Assembly: GCA_965644295.1 (NCBI GenBank)
Contig: CBFFRP010000508.1
Span: 1 to 9,812 of the forward strand
Origin: Paraphysomonas bandaiensis
Lineage: Eukaryota > Protista > Chrysophyceae
DNA length: 9,812 nucleotides
Direction of reading: 5' to 3'
Below, in pieces: positions 8,299 to 9,812 of the stretch (position 1 is its first letter; each line of letters opens with the position of its first letter). Position numbers and translations under genes: made by a program. Below the pieces are notes generated by a model. The model did no database searches, was not told where the DNA came from, and saw only the letters and a program-made list of their open reading frames with translations.

Positions 8299-8362
8299 GT
8301 AAGTAACCCCCCTATACATACATATACAGTGATATACATACATACATACATATACATACCAT

Positions 8363-8392
8363 CCTAACCCTAACTATTCGATTAGGGTTAGG
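8363..8392. repeat. Inverted telomeric junction CCTAACCCTAA-ctattcga-TTAGGGTTAGG (11-bp inverted repeat, 8-nt spacer)
   Basis: 8363-8373 is the reverse complement of 8382-8392. Confidence 0.85.
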
Positions 8393-9800
8393 GTTAGGGT
8401 TAGGGTTAGGGTTAGGGTTAGGGTTAGGGTTAGGGTTAGGGTTAGGGTTAGGGTTAGGGTTAGGGTTAGGGTTAGGGTTAGGGTTAGGGTTAGGGTTAGG
8501 GTTAGGGTTAGGGTTAGGGTTAGGGTTAGGGTTAGGGTTAGGGTTAGGGTTAGGGTTAGGGTTAGGGTTAGGGTTAGGGTTAGGGTTAGGGTTAGGGTTA
8601 GGGTTAGGGTTAGGGTTAGGGTTAGGGTTAGGGTTAGGGTTAGGGTTAGGGTTAGGGTTAGGGTTAGGGTTAGGGTTAGGGTTAGGGTTAGGGTTAGGGT
8701 TAGGGTTAGGGTTAGGGTTAGGGTTAGGGTTAGGGTTAGGGTTAGGGTTAGGGTTAGGGTTAGGGTTAGGGTTAGGGTTAGGGTTAGGGTTAGGGTTAGG
8801 GTTAGGGTTAGGGTTAGGGTTAGGGTTAGGGTTAGGGTTAGGGTTAGGGTTAGGGTTAGGGTTAGGGTTAGGGTTAGGGTTAGGGTTAGGGTTAGGGTTA
8901 GGGTTAGGGTTAGGGTTAGGGTTAGGGTTAGGGTTAGGGTTAGGGTTAGGGTTAGGGTTAGGGTTAGGGTTAGGGTTAGGGTTAGGGTTAGGGTTAGGGT
9001 TAGGGTTAGGGTTAGGGTTAGGGTTAGGGTTAGGGTTAGGGTTAGGGTTAGGGTTAGGGTTAGGGTTAGGGTTAGGGTTAGGGTTAGGGTTAGGGTTAGG
9101 GTTAGGGTTAGGGTTAGGGTTAGGGTTAGGGTTAGGGTTAGGGTTAGGGTTAGGGTTAGGGTTAGGGTTAGGGTTAGGGTTAGGGTTAGGGTTAGGGTTA
9201 GGGTTAGGGTTAGGGTTAGGGTTAGGGTTAGGGTTAGGGTTAGGGTTAGGGTTAGGGTTAGGGTTAGGGTTAGGGTTAGGGTTAGGGTTAGGGTTAGGGT
9301 TAGGGTTAGGGTTAGGGTTAGGGTTAGGGTTAGGGTTAGGGTTAGGGTTAGGGTTAGGGTTAGGGTTAGGGTTAGGGTTAGGGTTAGGGTTAGGGTTAGG
9401 GTTAGGGTTAGGGTTAGGGTTAGGGTTAGGGTTAGGGTTAGGGTTAGGGTTAGGGTTAGGGTTAGGGTTAGGGTTAGGGTTAGGGTTAGGGTTAGGGTTA
9501 GGGTTAGGGTTAGGGTTAGGGTTAGGGTTAGGGTTAGGGTTAGGGTTAGGGTTAGGGTTAGGGTTAGGGTTAGGGTTAGGGTTAGGGTTAGGGTTAGGGT
9601 TAGGGTTAGGGTTAGGGTTAGGGTTAGGGTTAGGGTTAGGGTTAGGGTTAGGGTTAGGGTTAGGGTTAGGGTTAGGGTTAGGGTTAGGGTTAGGGTTAGG
9701 GTTAGGGTTAGGGTTAGGGTTAGGGTTAGGGTTAGGGTTAGGGTTAGGGTTAGGGTTAGGGTTAGGGTTAGGGTTAGGGTTAGGGTTAGGGTTAGGGTTA
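8382..9800 (+). repeat. Telomeric repeat array (TTAGGG)236 plus TTA
   Basis: Uninterrupted TTAGGG from 8382 to 9797 (1416 bp = 236 units), G-rich strand running 5'->3' to the window end as expected for a right chromosome end. TTAGGG is the telomere motif of many metazoans, fungi and protists, so it does not identify the taxon. Confidence 0.97.
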
Positions 9801-9812
9801 AACAATACATAT

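Larger units (their letters stand above)
1..8360. repeat. Subtelomeric compound tandem repeat: about 33 units of 170-352 bp (99-bp exon plus minisatellite-containing intron)
   Basis: Near-identical core GGTCACAGAGATACATGTGAATATCTCATCAGC recurs in every complete unit; unit lengths differ mostly in steps of 20 bp. Confidence 0.97.
54..8360. repeat. Intronic 20-bp minisatellite (TATACATACATATACAGTGA)n, n = 2-10 per intron, interspersed between exons
   Basis: Read directly. Intron lengths follow 53+20n (long 3' end) or 31+20n (short 3' end), e.g. 71, 91, 93, 131, 133, 151, 153, 191, 193, 211, 231, 233, 253; exceptions are two 181-bp introns (extra 8 nt) and one of 132 bp. Confidence 0.97.

Noticed and set aside
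1-8360. CRISPR-like repeat/spacer appearance
   Set aside because: The intervening sequences are not unique spacers, units are 170-352 bp, there are no cas genes, and the context is eukaryotic (splice sites, telomere).
1-8360. Purely non-coding subtelomeric satellite (TAS)
   Set aside because: Strict 99-bp AG/GT-bounded segments, absence of stops and indels in 32 copies, and a full ankyrin consensus are not expected of a non-coding satellite, although current expression is unproven.
8299-9800. Telomere-targeting retrotransposon (SART/TRAS/HeT-A-like) or telomere fusion site
   Set aside because: No reverse transcriptase or gag ORF, no poly(A) tail, and the repeat orientation at the junction is opposite to a fusion scar.
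8312-9810. 497-aa poly-NP and 478-aa poly-LT ORFs
   Set aside because: Trivial translations of (CCCTAA)n telomeric DNA.

Overview
Eukaryotic, apparently chromosome-end sequence. Positions 1-8360 look like a complex satellite (units of 170-352 bp) but are a + strand array of 33 spliceosomal exons (32 complete, 1 partial). Each complete exon is exactly 99 bp, phase 0-0, bounded by TATAG| and |GTAAGT, and encodes exactly one 33-aa ankyrin repeat (typical unit DGSTALHxAAxxGHRDTCEYLISxGADITIRxx). Spliced, they give about 1069 codons with no stop. The ORF track misses this because the exons contain no Met and the introns contain stops; the listed minus-strand ORFs are antisense shadows. The scaffold codons are almost invariant, while amino-acid variation concentrates at the ankyrin target-binding positions (the positions randomised in DARPin libraries) and is reshuffled between exons. 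The introns (71-253 bp) consist of a 20-bp minisatellite in 2-10 copies with two alternative 3' ends. The array runs, without a terminal exon, into a short inverted telomeric junction and a perfect (TTAGGG)236 tract (8382-9797). Best interpretation (inference): a telomere-linked, recombination-diversified and possibly splice-diversified ankyrin-repeat recognition gene, a 'natural DARPin library'. The 5' end of the gene and the organism cannot be determined from this window.
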